Positions 1 to 14,430 of a stretch of 64,000 nt of DNA are shown here, in pieces. A program made the position numbers and the translations under genes. Origin of the DNA: Chrysomallon squamiferum (Eukaryota; Animalia; Mollusca); NCBI GenBank assembly GCA_012295275.1, contig CM022672.1, positions 35,278,001 through 35,342,000 on the forward strand, in the 5' to 3' direction. Every line of letters starts with the position of its first letter. Position 1 is the stretch's first letter. A model generated the notes under the pieces. It was given only the letters and a program-made list of their open reading frames with translations. It did no database searches and had not been told where the DNA came from.

Positions 1-76
1 GATTAAATTAATGTTGTTATATTTTTATTATATATTTTATTATTTGACTAAACCAAGCAACGTATATTTTGCCATC

Positions 77-135
<59 letters not shown>

Positions 136-162
136 CAACATGTCTGTTGAAGACAAGAGCAC

Positions 163-216
<54 letters not shown>

Positions 217-589
217 CAAATTAAAAAAATAATAATAATAATAAATTCTGAATAACAAAGAAATATATATATAGAAATATAAGTTAGCAGATGATATATA
301 TAACATGACACTACGTATTGTATGAAAGCGAAGTAAAGGTCAAAATGACATAATGAAATGTTAGACTTTTGTTCAGCTATAAATGAGAACAGCGCCTCTG
401 AATAAAACAGGGTTTTTTTCATCTTGTCGTAAAGTGAAGTCCGTTTTACAAGTTTGTTGAGATCAGAGAAAGATGATAATCTTATCTTGTTTAAACTTGT
501 TTAGTTACATTCGGATTATTGATCCTTTTTATGAGATATGTAAATAATCAACAGAATAAAATGTAGGACACAAAGCTAACGCATGTACG

Positions 590-620
<31 letters not shown>

Positions 621-869
621 GGGGTAGCGAATGAAGATGAGAATATTTTCTAAAATTTATCACAACCGTTAATTATAAATAAATAAATTAGTTAATCAGT
701 CAGTTAATAAGCAAATAAATAAATAAGTAAATATAATAAAATAAAATTAATTAACCGAGCTGTTATTGTTTTTGGAAGTAGAATACGTTTGGTGATGATG
801 GCAATAATAGAATTACAATTAGTAGTAGTACTAGAATAGTATATATATTAATATTATTATTATTATTAT

Positions 870-901
<32 letters not shown>

Positions 902-2636
902 ATTGTTGTTGTTGTTATACAGTCTTTTTATCTATTAACAAAAGTTTTTCATTTCGCAAGATAAACTAGAAATATAAATTAGCAGACGATGTTTTTACAG
1001 TTCGGGTGAAGCCACTGTGTCTGTGATTAATATCAATCATATTTCCTGAATGTCATTACGTTAGAAAAATCAACAGTTAATGTTAAAATGACACAACAAC
1101 AGCGCCCGCATCTGTGATCTAACTCGCCTGATACTGATAAGAAATAATTCTGTCTCCTGGCAAACCATCAGCTGATCACGTGATTCAGAGACTACGTGAC
1201 TGACACAGATACAGTACTGTAAGATTAGTAAATTCAAACTGATTTATAGTGATGGTAGAATACTACTGTTATCCACTAAGTAAATAACACATGTCACAGG
1301 AGAAGCAGGATAATTATATTCTATTAGTTTTACGTTATTATATTATATTATATTATATTATATTATATATATATAAAAAAAACAAGCCACCAATGATACA
1401 GGTTTTACTGCGTGATCACAGTACCTAAAGTGAGAAAAGTATAATATTCCGCTGTCAAACGCTTATCAAAGTTATCAAAGCAAGGTCAAAGTTCAAAGAT
1501 TCTCTCCGGTGATATCCGGGTTCACCAAAAGTAATCACCGGGTTGTGCTAATCACCCGCTTTACGTTTGTTCTTCCCCGAGTTTTGCTTTCTGACGTCAT
1601 ATTCTACATTCCTGCAGACGTCCATAAAATCCGTGGAATCAACGAGAGAGAGAGAAGCCAGCCCAGCCTGACAAATCTGAAAAATTCGTTACACAAAACT
1701 CGCCATAGCTAAATTCAAAAACAACCTTTAAGAGTTCGTCATCGTTCATAAGAGCTTAAAGAAACTGTTGTTTCTTTGTTTATTGTGTAATGTTGAAACA
1801 TACATATGAACGTGTGTGTGTGTGTGTGTGTGTGGTTAGATATACCTGACTGTTTACCTGTAAGTGTTTCATAATGTCGTGTCAATTCAGGTATGGTGAA
1901 TATTAACAAAAAATATATATATATCAGTTTACAAGAATAATATTAAAACCAAATTGTTACCAGTTTGTTTGTTTGTTAATCTGGTCAAGGGTCAGAACAT
2001 TTATGAATTAACATTATACATTGTTTTATTTATATAGATTATTGTTTATAATCTTTCGGGTTTCTAATTCCGATACAGATACCTGACCAGTTATCGATAC
2101 AGCTCGGGACACCAGTTTTCATGTTTTCTGGACCAATGCTTGATAATTATATACTTAAAATATAAAACTTGTATGACGTTTGAGCGACTACAAACTAGAC
2201 GAAGTTATTTCAGTGATGTACTTTTAAGCGATTTTCTATTTTAACGTGATAAGAAAATGATAAAATATGGATAGATAGATAGATAGAACAAATGTATTTC
2301 ATTTGAATTTCTTCATCTTACAAATGCTGGAACTGTCAGAATTAATTTACTTTAACTAATTCATTCTAAAAATTTCTCAAATATTTTCGATTTAAATCGC
2401 TAAATCCCAAACATTCAAAAAATGACAGTCGCTCTAATGTCATGGAAAAATCATGGATTTTGTAATTTTTACAAAAAAATATGTTAAAAATAAACGATAA
2501 ACCTAGACAACTGTTCAGTGATTCTTTAATACACACGTCAGTTCTTTTTGTGTTAGTCTGTACTGCTGACACTGTACTCCTTTCAGACAACTACCAGGAT
2601 AAGCAAAAATCTCTAAATGATTTTGATTCTTACTGC

Positions 2637-3455
2637 ACTAAATGAAAACTAACTGTAATTTTTAATGGCAACCACAAAGATTACTAAAAAGTGTTTTATC
2701 TTGAAAAATCAGAGCTTGGTAATGTAGAAAGTTAGAAATATCTAGGTATCAGAAGGCAAGAAGCATGTTATACACACAAACTCAGAAGGCTATGTATTTC
2801 ATTCTACGACAAGGAAAATATAAAATTTCCATCCAGTGTCAACTAAAATTATTTGACTGCATGGTTTTACCTGTTCTTCTGTATGGTAGAGAATCTGGGA
2901 ATTTGAAAATGTTTATCTATTTTTTTCTTTATTTATTTATTATTATTATTTATTTTTATTTTTTTTTTTTTTTTGCTATAGTTGATTCTTCATTTTATCA
3001 CTTGCTTACTGGACTAATACAAGGAGCTGATATAATACAAATCGAGTTAATTTTAATATTTTAAAATGTAGCAACAAACTATTAAAAACAAATAAAATTA
3101 CATATCATTTCTAAATAAAACGAGTTAGATGATATTTTGCAGTTGTCATTTTGAACATTTATTTTACTGTGTAGTGAAACAGGATTATTTTTAAACGGTA
3201 TCTGTTGTTCGTCAGTTACCGGATGTACTTGAGGTCAAATGTCATCTGTACTTTACGTTATGCGAGTGTCAGACGACAACTGTAGCACGCGGGTTGTCTG
3301 GATCAGCTGTCAATCAAAATATCGAAAGCGTGCAAATAAATATCTTTAACACGGTTAAATTTATGCGGTAACTTTATTACATACCTTTATACCGACAACT
3401 GTTTTTAATGTATGAATTATAATAACTACAAAATCAGTTCTCCATAAAAAAAGTA
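2637..3455. repeat. Dispersed direct duplication (about 0.8 kb), partner at about 12394-13268
   Basis: LINE fragment plus a CpG-rich block (TTACCGGATGTACTTGAGGTCA...CACGCGGGTTGTC) shared by both loci. Confidence 0.9.
2640..2905 (+). mobile_element. Non-LTR retrotransposon (LINE) ORF2 remnant, region C-terminal to RT
   Basis: KYLG...QKAMYFIL...ISIQCQLKLFDCMVLPVLLYG.E..G matches the post-RT segment of L2/CR1-group/RTE-X LINEs; degraded. Confidence 0.7.
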
Positions 3456-6039
3456 AAAATAAAAATAATAATAATAATAATAATAATTATAATAATAATT
3501 AAAACTCCGATCGGTTCTGTCGTTCCTATCGTCAGACTGTTTTGTTTCATATGCATTTGATTTTTAAAATGTTTGATAAAATGGTAATATTAAATATTGT
3601 ATTGAATCTATAGTGTGTATGCGTGTGTGTATGTGTGTGTTTTAACTCACCATGATTGTAAGACAAAGTTTCATTATGGAAAATTGATTTTAATTAATTA
3701 ATTTATTTTTATTATTATTATTTGATGGCATCTATCTACATTGATGAGGCTGGAAAGAGACTATTTACATAATAAAAATAGTTATCATTTTCTTTCATTC
3801 TCAAATTTTGTTCCCCCTTCTCCTCCCAATTAAATATACCTTTTTTCTTTTTAAACTAGAAATATTAATGATTAATGGTTATATTAATTTGTTAATTAAA
3901 TAATAACAAAAATTAAGGTAAGTAAATGAGTACATTAGTAAATTATTATTTATATATATATATATATATATTAAGTTAATCTAAAACAGTGAATAGATTA
4001 AATGAATTAAAGAGAACACTTTGTTCACTTTCATTTTTCTATGTTTCTTCATACAGCATAGTTTTACAAAAATAAAGATGTTGTCAAATTACTGATTTTA
4101 CAGCATGTTGCCTGTATTTTATTTCATTTCAACTGGTGGTATTATTGTTTAACGATGTTGATAACTTAACAGGTAATTAATAAATTAAAAATTTATTAAC
4201 AACAAAATTAATTTACAAAATTATTTATAAAAGTGTATGATGCAAAAGTTAGTTTTAAGATAAAATTTGTTTAGAGATATAAAAACAAACAGCAGTTTTA
4301 AAGAATACATTTATTTATTTACCTTGTAGAGGATTTAACAGTGGCCTGTGATATAAAAATAAAAGGAATGAATGTTTAATGACACCCAGCACAAAAATAC
4401 ATTCATATATATAAAAAAAAATATTGCACAAAAATATAAACAGAAACTAATTAAAACAAAAGAAGAAAAAATAAACACCAATAAAAAAAGAAGAAAAAAC
4501 AACAAAGGTTATACACACAAAACAAGTTTTACATGTGTGTGATTTAGATATTACTTTTTTAAAACTGAGTTTCTTAGCAGTTTTCCAGTTTACTGAAGAA
4601 TTCAAACACTGATCTGTTGTCTTTTCTCTCTCTGCAAATGTTGTCAGCAATACTCCAGTCACAGAATGTTGAGGAAATCTCTATCGTTCACTGCTGAGAT
4701 GCATAACCTGAAAAACACAGAAAAAAACCTGGTAAAGAATGGAAAAATTAACTGATTTATTATACTTCAAATTTATTATATTTCTATTAGTTCAGACAGT
4801 TAAATCTTATTATAAAAAAAAAAAAAAAAAGGTAGCATAATAATAAAAATACAACAACAACGACAACTATAATAACAATAATAATAACAAAGTAAAGAGA
4901 ACAAGTACAAAGGTATTTAGTCAACTTTTTGTTAACTTTACAAGATCACAGAATGTACACAATATATAAAGACATAACAAATAGTAATACTTGTGGCTCA
5001 TAAATGATTATAAACATATAACTTCACTTTTAACAGTTATTTTTATATTATTGTTGGCTGATAATAATTAATTCTAAAAATGAAATCAAATTATTTGAAA
5101 ACAAAAAATGAAAACAAATGTATAAAAAAAAATGACAGTGAAAGTGTTCAATGCAAGAATGAAATGATTTTAACAAATTACCTCTTGATGATTATTCTGG
5201 AGCTGAGGACAGCAGATTTCAAAATGGCTGCTTCACTCACACTGGTGTAAGTCAGTCTGTCTGGCTTGTTTACAAGTTTTGTCCTGTTCAGCAATCTTCT
5301 TCAGGGAATCCAAACTTTTTCTCTATTTCTTTCTTTCTTTATTTCTTTATTGCTTTGTCTCTTTTTTTTTTTTTTTTCCTACAACCTTTAATTTTAAAAC
5401 TGTTGTGGTCAGCACTTGTAACAAAAATGTGTGTTTTTCTAAATTTACTTGACCATCTTTCATAATTTCTACCTCATCACCTGAACTCTGAACTGGATAT
5501 TTCTCTTTATTTCAAGTCTTTTGTTGTTGTCGTTGTTGTTGTTGATTTAACCATTGGCTGGTTTTCTGAAGATACCTTGTAAGATGTTAGTTAAATCAGT
5601 GAAATATCCTTGTTTCTCTTGAGAAATTTTGTTCTTTCACATCGTTTGTGAATGAACATTTAATCTACCTCCTCATAACAGAACTGAAGCACAGTAAATG
5701 AATGTTTAGTGACTCTCCAGCACAAGCTGATACAGTCTTTGGTGCACAAGTATTCACTTAGACTGTCCACAATCACATCTTTTGTTTTATCTGAAAAAAC
5801 TACTAGACGTCATCATCTTGTGATTTTCCACAGAATCTTTTGGCGATGTTAATCCTCCTTTTATAAAGTCCTGTGTTCAAACATCAACAAAGAGGTTTCT
5901 GCATCAGTCTGTATTTGCTGAGTTTCTCAAACTGTCTGTATTTGCTGAGGTTTAAAAGTTGCTAGAGAAAACTGTCACCAGACAACTGTTTATTTTTTCA
6001 CAATCACTTAATAAATATTATTTTTTCATAGATTTAGGA

Positions 6040-6611
6040 AACAGGTAAAAAAAAAATACAAAAAATAACAATGATTATATATATATATATAATTATTCCA
6101 AGATTATTAAGAACTGGGATAAAACCCGATGAATGTTTGGTTTTAAAAGCAAAAAAATAAAAATAAAAACAATAAATAAATGAAAGGTCATGAAGTATTA
6201 TTTTAAAAGCAACAAAATACAGATAAATAAATAAATAAATAATAATTATAAATATATATAGTTTGTGTCAAATTGGATATCTGATATAAAATGACTTGTA
6301 ATGATGTAAAAGTACAGATTTTACACACAAGTAAAAATATTGTGAAATTATATCACAGGCAAGTAATTTTTAATAAAATGAATAAATACCATTTACACTT
6401 AATAAATATAATTTTTCCTAAATTTAGAAATAGACGAAAAAAAATGAAAAATAAAAAATAAGTTGAAAAAAATAAATTATATATAAAAGTATTTCAAGAC
6501 TATTAAGAACTTGGATAAAACCTGATAAAGTGTTTTTATTTTCTATTTTTTTTTGTATTTTTTTTTTTGTATTTTTAATTTTTAAAAACAAAAATAATTT
6601 TAAAAAGTTAA

Positions 6612-6642
<31 letters not shown>

Positions 6643-6771
6643 AGGTAACAAAGTATTTTAAAAGGAACAAAATTTAATTTTTCATTATGTCAAAAATAAA
6701 CAAATAATAATAAAAACAATATGTATATACTGAGTTTCAAACAGTTAATCTGATATAAATAGATGCAAAAA

Positions 6772-6813
<42 letters not shown>

Positions 6814-6925
6814 AACAAAAATAAACAGTGTAAAAAAAAATCATCTTTTTAAAAATATTCTGAAATTATATCACAGGCTGGTAATTTTCATTAAAAATTT
6901 CACATTAAAATGAATGAATATTTAA
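6040..6925. repeat. Old degenerate tandem duplication (about 400-520 bp unit)
   Basis: CAAGA(T/C)TATTAAGAACT.GGATAAAACC.GAT at about 6099 and 6495; GAAATTATATCACAGGC..GTAATTTT at about 6344 and 6862. Confidence 0.7.
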
Positions 6926-7144
6926 CACCCTAATACAAAAATATATCAGCTAGCACAAGTCAAACAAAGGTTATAACAAAATAGTGAATAATTTGTATAT
7001 GAAAATTCAAAATTAAAATTAGTCAAAACACAGTGTAAACAGCTGTGCAAAGCAACACATTAAATAATAATAATATAAATAACAATATGTATTAAAATCA
7101 CAGAAAAACTAAAATTTTAAACACATAAACAAAAATATAAAACA

Positions 7145-7203
<59 letters not shown>

Positions 7204-7292
7204 CCCTCCCACACAAAATCTATGGACTACTAATGCATGCAAGCTGTAGTAAAACATCCCTGAAGAATAACAAAACATTGCATCCAGTATAA

Positions 7293-7332
<40 letters not shown>

Positions 7333-7794
7333 GTAAATAATCAGCTGTAGGGTGTCATATTCAGGTCATATGAATAAGAGAAAATTTAAAAAAATGAATT
7401 ATTCACACACAATATACTACACACACAATATACTACACACACAATATACTACACACACAATATACTACACATACAAATATATACATACACATACAAATAT
7501 ATACATACACATACAAATACATACACATACAGATGTCAAAAAAAGAGAGAAAAAGTCAAATTTTAGCAATATGACTATTCCACAACAATGTTATGCAATG
7601 TCAAATTTAAAAAAATAAAACAAATAATGTGTTTAGTACTTTACTAGGTAATATCAATACAAGTGAACAGAATTTCAGCTTATTGGTAGTCATCTTGCTG
7701 TGAGACATTTAAACAAAAACAAATTCCTATAAATATTTCTCTCTCTCACACACACACACACATAGAAACACACAATTAAAAAAAAAAAAAAAAA

Positions 7795-7853
<59 letters not shown>

Positions 7854-8023
7854 CAATAATAATATAATAATAATAATATAAAGGTAATACTATAGCATAT
7901 TGCCATTTATCAGGTCTTTTCAAATATTTCACAGATGCAAAACAGCACCAAAATAATAAAAAATAAAATAAAATAAAATAAAATAAAATAATATGTAAAT
8001 TTAAAGAAAATAAAAGAATGAAA

Positions 8024-8039
8024 AGAAGATGATAAATAA

Positions 8040-8070
<31 letters not shown>

Positions 8071-8195
8071 TAACTAAAAATGTCTCTTCCAAATAGAGGC
8101 TGGAAATTTTTCAAGAATTCAGTTTTCCATCCCCCCCAAAAAAAATCTGCATGCAGAATTTCAGATATTTTAGCAGAACTAGACAAAAAAGACTA

Positions 8196-8226
<31 letters not shown>

Positions 8227-11200
8227 TTGTTTCCCATATCCCCAACTTAGTGAAAAAATGAAACAAAAGCAAGTCTGGGTTTTCAGGCAGCCACTCAAAG
8301 ACCAACATGTTTGAGGCCCTGTTCTATCAACTTAATTTGCATCCCAAAATTTCAGTATGAATTATCATATTGAGCCATTATGAAATACTGTCCAATCCTC
8401 ACACAGGAACAATACCTCATGTGATGGACTGTGCCAACAACGAAGCAGAAATGGTGACAGAATTGGTGCTCATGAGTATTCAATTAAATCACACCTGGCA
8501 TGATTGGAAGCAAAGGTGCAATGATTTTGAATATTCATCATGGAATATTTTATATCACATGGTTCTGCCTTGTTACTCAGATTGGCACTAATGAATCCCA
8601 AAACTGGTAGAATCCAGATTAGGTAAGTGGTGAGATGTTCTAATCTGCTTCCATTAATGGGAAAACTGGTGTGAGCAATCAAGGCCAATTTAGACACGTG
8701 GGGATAATGAGATGTGTGAAAAACTAATGGGGTGATTAACGAGATTAACCTTAATGAGCAGTGAAGTGCAGAGGTGAGCTGGAATAGAGGCTGCAAGAAA
8801 ATTAATGTTTGGAGACATGAAATACTAGACGTGTGGGGTTAATGAGATCAATTAAGAGCTGTACGAAGAGGGTAGCCAGAGTAGAGGTTGCAAGGAAACA
8901 AATGTTATAACGTAAGATTTGGAGACAGGAAATACTACCTATATAAATACTCTAGTCAAGATGTTTGTTGTTTGATCATGGCTGTCAAGGGAGAAATTTT
9001 GGATGGCAGAAAACCAGATGCTGACTTCATACTTGATGTACGTATGTGTTCCCTTTTGCATTGTTTGATTGTTTCAAAAACAGGAGTAATAAAATAATCA
9101 AAAATGTTTATTCAAAAAAATAAATAAATAAGGATTGATCCAGAATGTGTATGTGTAATATGTATTTCCATAATCTGCTGATGTCTTTATATTATTATAT
9201 ATATATATATATATGAGAGCTCATAAAACTATTACTATTGGTTTATTTAACCTTCTGGCAATTTCTTCAGTTTTAACCTGTCAAGATCTCATAGACCAAA
9301 TCTCCTAGTATTCAGATGTTAAAAACAGGTAGGGAAATTTAGTTACAGATACATCGGCTTCAATGTCTGCTCAAATAGGGTGCCAAATAAGAGTTGTACA
9401 AGGCTATTTTGTGTAACCTGCACTGTGGACACATGATTGACAACATTGGTGACACAAATAAAGATGCCACTGTCAAAGAAACTAGGGACTGCACTCATAA
9501 ACTCAAATGAACGTAGTATTAATCCAAGTGGAATATACTATTTTTACTGAAAACAAACAGGAAATCATGATTGTAACTTAATAAAAATGATCAGAAAAGT
9601 AATTGCAGCTGGAAAACAGATTGTGTGTGAACCTGTCCATGACAAGCCAACTGTAAGGAACAATACACAAGTATAGGTATCAAAGAACTGAGTGTAGTGA
9701 GAGACTTGGGACTTCAGTACAAACAACTTCACACACTTAAATGAATAGAAATGTAACTGATGGTGCTCCATCTATCAGTGCAGATGAAGCCAACTTTGGA
9801 GAAAGCTGAAGCTGTTCAATTAACTGAAAATGCAGACGTATACTATGGCATGAACTCAAGGAGGCTTGTTATTTTGTATTTGATTCTGATGGTGTTTTGG
9901 GGGGTTTTTCATCTTCTGTTCTTAGTTCAATTACTTTTAGAGAAGAAGATGATAAATATTAAATTTAAAAAAAAAAAAAAAAAATAATGAAAATTAACTA
10001 AAAATATCTCTTCCAAAAAGAGGCTGGAAATTTTTCAAGAATTTAGTCCCCCCACCCACAAAAAAAATCTGCATACAGAATTTCAGGTATTTTAGCAGAA
10101 CTAGACAAGAGACTAAAAATGTTAAAAAAAAAAAAAAAAATAAAAATTGTTTCCCATATCCCCAACTTAGTGAAAAATGAAACAAAACCAAGTCTGGGTT
10201 TTCAGGCAGCCACTCAAAGACCAACATGTTTGAGGCCCTGTTCTATCAACTTAATTTGCATCCCAAAATTTCAGTATGAATTATCATATTGAGCCATTAT
10301 GAAATACTGTCCAATCCTCACACAGGAACAATACCTCATGTGATGGACTGTGCCAACAACGAAGCAGAAATGGTGACAGAATTGGTGCTCATGAGTATTC
10401 AATTAAATCACACCTGGCATGATTGGAAGCAAAGGTGCAATGATTTTGAATATTCATCATGGAATATTTTATATCACATGGTTCTGCCTTGTTACTCAGA
10501 TTGGCACTAATGAATCCCAAAACTGGTAGAATCCAGATTAGGTAAGTGGTGAGATGTTCTAATCTGCTTCCATTAATGGGAAAACTGGTGTGAGCAATCA
10601 AGGCCAATTTAGACACGTGGGGATAATGAGATGTGTGAAAAACTAATGGGGCGATTAACGAGATTAACCTTAATGAGCAGTGAAGAGCAGAGATGAGCTG
10701 GAATAGAGGCTGCAAGAAAATTAATGTTTGGAGACATGAAATACTAGATGTGTGGGGTTAATGAGATCAATTAAGAGCTGTACGAAGAGGGTAGCCAGAA
10801 TAGAGGCTGCAAGGAAATTTATGTTATAATGTAAGATTTGGAGACAGGAAATACTACCTATATAAATACTCTAGTCAAGATGTTTGTTGTTTGATCATGG
10901 CTGTCAAGGGAGAAACTTTGGATGGCAGAAAACCAGATGCGGACCTCATACCTGATGTATGTATGTGTTCCCTTTTGCATTCTGTTTGACTGTTTCAAAA
11001 ACAGGAGTAATAAAATAATCAAAAATGTTTATTCAAAAAAAAAAAATAATTAAGGATTGATCCAGAATGTGTATGTGTAATATGTATTTCCATAATCTGC
11101 TGATGTCTTTATATTATTATATATATATGAGAGCTCATAAAACTATTACTATTGGTTTATTTAACCTTCTGGCAATTTCTTCAGTTTTAACCTGTCAAGA

Positions 11201-11885
11201 TCTCATAGACCAAATCTCCTTGTATTCAGATGTTAAATTTATGTTAAAAGGAAACAATATATAAACAGGTAGGGAAATTTAGTTAGATACATGGGCTTCA
11301 ATGTCTGCTCAAATAGGGTGCCAAATAAGAGTTGTACAAGGTAATTTTGTGTAACCTGCACTGTGGACACATGATTGACAACATAGGTGACACAAATAAA
11401 GATGCCACTGTCAAAGAAACTAGGGACTGCACTCATAAACTCACATGAACGTAGTTTTAATCCAAGTGGAATATACTATTTTTACTGAAAACAAACAGGA
11501 AATCATGATTGTAACTTAATAAAAATGATCAGAAAAGTAATTGCAGCTGGAAAACAGATTGTGTGTGAACCTGTCCATGACAAGCCAACTGTAAGGAACA
11601 ATACACAAGTATAGGTATCAAAGAACTGAGTTTAGTGAGAGACTTGACTTCTTCAGTACAAACAACTTCACACACTTAAATGAATAGAAATGTAACTGAT
11701 GGTGCTCCATCCATCAGTGCAGATGAAACCAACTTTGGAGAAAGCTGAAGCTGTTCAATTAACTGAAAATGCAGACGTATACTATGGCATGAACTCAAGG
11801 AGGCTTGTTATTTTGTATTTGATTCTGATGGTGTTTTGGGGGGTTTTTCATCTTCTGTTCTTAGTTCAATTACTTTTAGAGAAGA
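8024..11885. repeat. Head-to-tail tandem duplication of about 1.92-1.94 kb (8024-9943 and 9944-11885)
   Basis: Near-identical copies; ORFs at 8370/10289 are identical in translation and 9760/11699 nearly so; AGAAGA microhomology at the junction. Confidence 0.95.
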
Positions 11886-11991
11886 GTTTTGCAAGATACG
11901 TCTGGTTATCCTCAAGTACAAAATTAAAACTGTCCAGTAGATGGCCCAGGGGTGACTGAACAAAGTGCTTGCCTCGTGGATAAAGATGTTA

Positions 11992-12390
11992 AATAAGATG
12001 TAGATGTTTTATAAGATAAAGATGTTTTATAAGATGAAGATGTTTTATAAGATAAAGATGTTTTATAAGATAAAGATGTTAAATAAGATAAAGATGTTAA
12101 ATAAGATGTAGATGTTTTATAAGATGAAGATATTTTATAAGATGAAGATGTTTTATAAGATGAAGATGTTTTATAAGATGTAGACGCTTTATAAGATGAA
12201 GATATTTTATAAGATAAAGATAAAACATCTTTATCTTATAAAACATAAGATGAAGATGGTTTATAAGATGAAGATATTTTATAAGATGAAGATATTTTAT
12301 AAGATAAAGATTATTTATAAGATGTAGATATTAAATAAGATAAAGATGTTAAAACTAAGGATAAAAAAAATTTATAAGATGAAGATGATT
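11992..12390. repeat. 18-bp minisatellite (ATAAGATGAAGATGTTTT)n; a second array lies at about 13276-13815
   Basis: Directly visible tandem units with TAAA/TGAA/TGTA variants. Confidence 0.9.
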
Positions 12391-12397
12391 TTACTAC

Positions 12398-12680
12398 TAA
12401 ATGAAAACTAACTAATTTTTAATGGCAACTACAAAGATTATTAGAAAGTGTTTTTATCGTGAAAAATCAAAGCTTGGTAATGTAGAAAGTTAGAAATATC
12501 TAGGCATCATTTTTCACAAATCAAATAGATTTACTAAGGCAAGAAGCATGTTATATACACAAACTCAGAAGGCTATAAATTTCAATCTACCACAAGGAAA
12601 ATAAAATATTTCCATCCAGTGTCAACTAAGATTCTTTGACCTGTTGTTCTCTATGGTAGAGAATCTGGGAATTTGAAAAT
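12398..12680 (+). mobile_element. Second copy of the LINE ORF2 remnant
   Basis: KYLGIIFHKSNRFTKARSMLYTQTQKA...; clearly paralogous to 2640-2905, with different deletions. Confidence 0.7.
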
Positions 12681-13959
12681 GTTTATCTATTTCTTTCTTT
12701 CTTTATTTATTATTATTATTATTTTTATTATTTTTATTATTTTAAAATGTAGCTAAAAACTATTAAAATCAAAATTACATATCATTTCTAAATAAAATGA
12801 GTTAGATGTTATTTTGCAGTTGTCATTTTGAACATTTATTTTACTGTGTAGTGAAACAGGATTATTTTTAAACGGTATCTGTTGTTCGTCAGTTACCGGA
12901 TGTACTTGAGGTCAAATGTCATCTGTACTTTACGTTATGCGAGTGTCAGACAACTCTAACACGCGGGTTGTCCGTATCAGCTGTCAATCAAAATATCGAA
13001 AGAGTGCAAATAAATATTTTTAACACGTAAATTTATGCGGTAACTTTATTACAAACCTCTATACCAACAACTGTTTTTAATCTTTTCTAAACAAGAATAT
13101 GTCTCAATTAGGCAACACAAATGATTGCGTAGTATTTAGAAATCATTGTTGTTGCCTAATTAGGCATTCTCGTTCAAAAAACTGTCTGAGCATGCACTGT
13201 ACACTAACAATAACTATGTATAATGTATGAATTATAATAACTACAAAATCAGTTCTCCATAAAAAAAATTAATATGAAGATGTTTTATAAGATGAAACTG
13301 GTTTATAAGATGAAGATATTTTATAAGACTGTTTTGTTTTATAAGATTTGATTTTTATAAATTTTTTATAAGAAAAGGTGTTTTAAAGATGAAGATGGTT
13401 TATAAGATGAAGATGGTTTATAAGATAAAGATGTTAAATAAGATAAAGATGTTAAATAAGATGTAAGATGTTTTATAAGATGAAGATGTTTTATAAGACA
13501 AAAACATGTTAAATAAGATGTTGATGTTTTATAAGATGAAAATATTTTATTCTTAGATGTGGATGTTTTTTTTTTTTTCACCTCAGATGAAGTATAACAT
13601 GTTTTATAAGAATGAACGATGTTGAAATAATACATGGTAATAGATGTTTTAGGATGTTTGAAGATGAAACTATGTTTTATAAGATGAAGATGTTTTATAA
13701 TGATGTAGATGTTTTATAAGATGTAGATGTTTTGATAAACTAAAGATGTTTTATAAGATGAAGATGTTTTAAGTATGATAAAATATGTTTTACAAGATGA
13801 AGGATGTTTTATAATGACAACTAAAACATGCTAATACAATGTTTGGATGTTTGTTGTTGACATCTTTTTAAGCATCATGTTGAGAGGCAAGCAGAGCATT
13901 CCAGATATTCTTACATTTCTGTGGATGTTGTTCTTTTTTCACCTCAGAATATACAGATG

Positions 13960-14430
13960 TAACATGCAGATAGCAGACTCATGACAACTAACTGCAGATG
14001 AATGAATGTTTCAGTCCACTAACTGCAGATGACAACTAATGTGACAGTCCAACTACATGTACAGGATGTTTTCAAAGAACTGATGACAACCACTACAGAT
14101 GCTAATAGATGTACAGGATGTTTGCAGATATGACAACTCAGATGTGACAGTCCAATACAAGATAGCAGGATGTTTTTCAAAGTTGAAGCTGTGTCAGTCC
14201 ACTCACTGCAGATAGCATACTCTAGATGTGACAGCCCACTCACTGCAGATACAGGATGTTCCACTGGGATGAACTCAGATGACAACCAATACACTGCAGA
14301 TAGCAAGACTCAGATGTTTCCACTCACTGCAGATAGCAGACTCAGATGACAATTTTTTGTGTCATCCATGCAGATAGCAGACTCAGATGTGACAGTCCAC
14401 TCACTGCAGATAGCAGACTCAGATGTGAAT
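13960..14430. repeat. Degenerate 36-bp repeat (GCAGATAGCAGACTCAGATGTGACAGTCCACTCACT)
   Basis: Intact unit at 14370-14405 with many scrambled partial copies around it. Confidence 0.75.

Noticed and set aside
8024-11885. LTR pair of a retrotransposon
   Set aside because: The copies abut directly with no internal gag/pol, and no TG...CA ends, PBS or TSD were seen.
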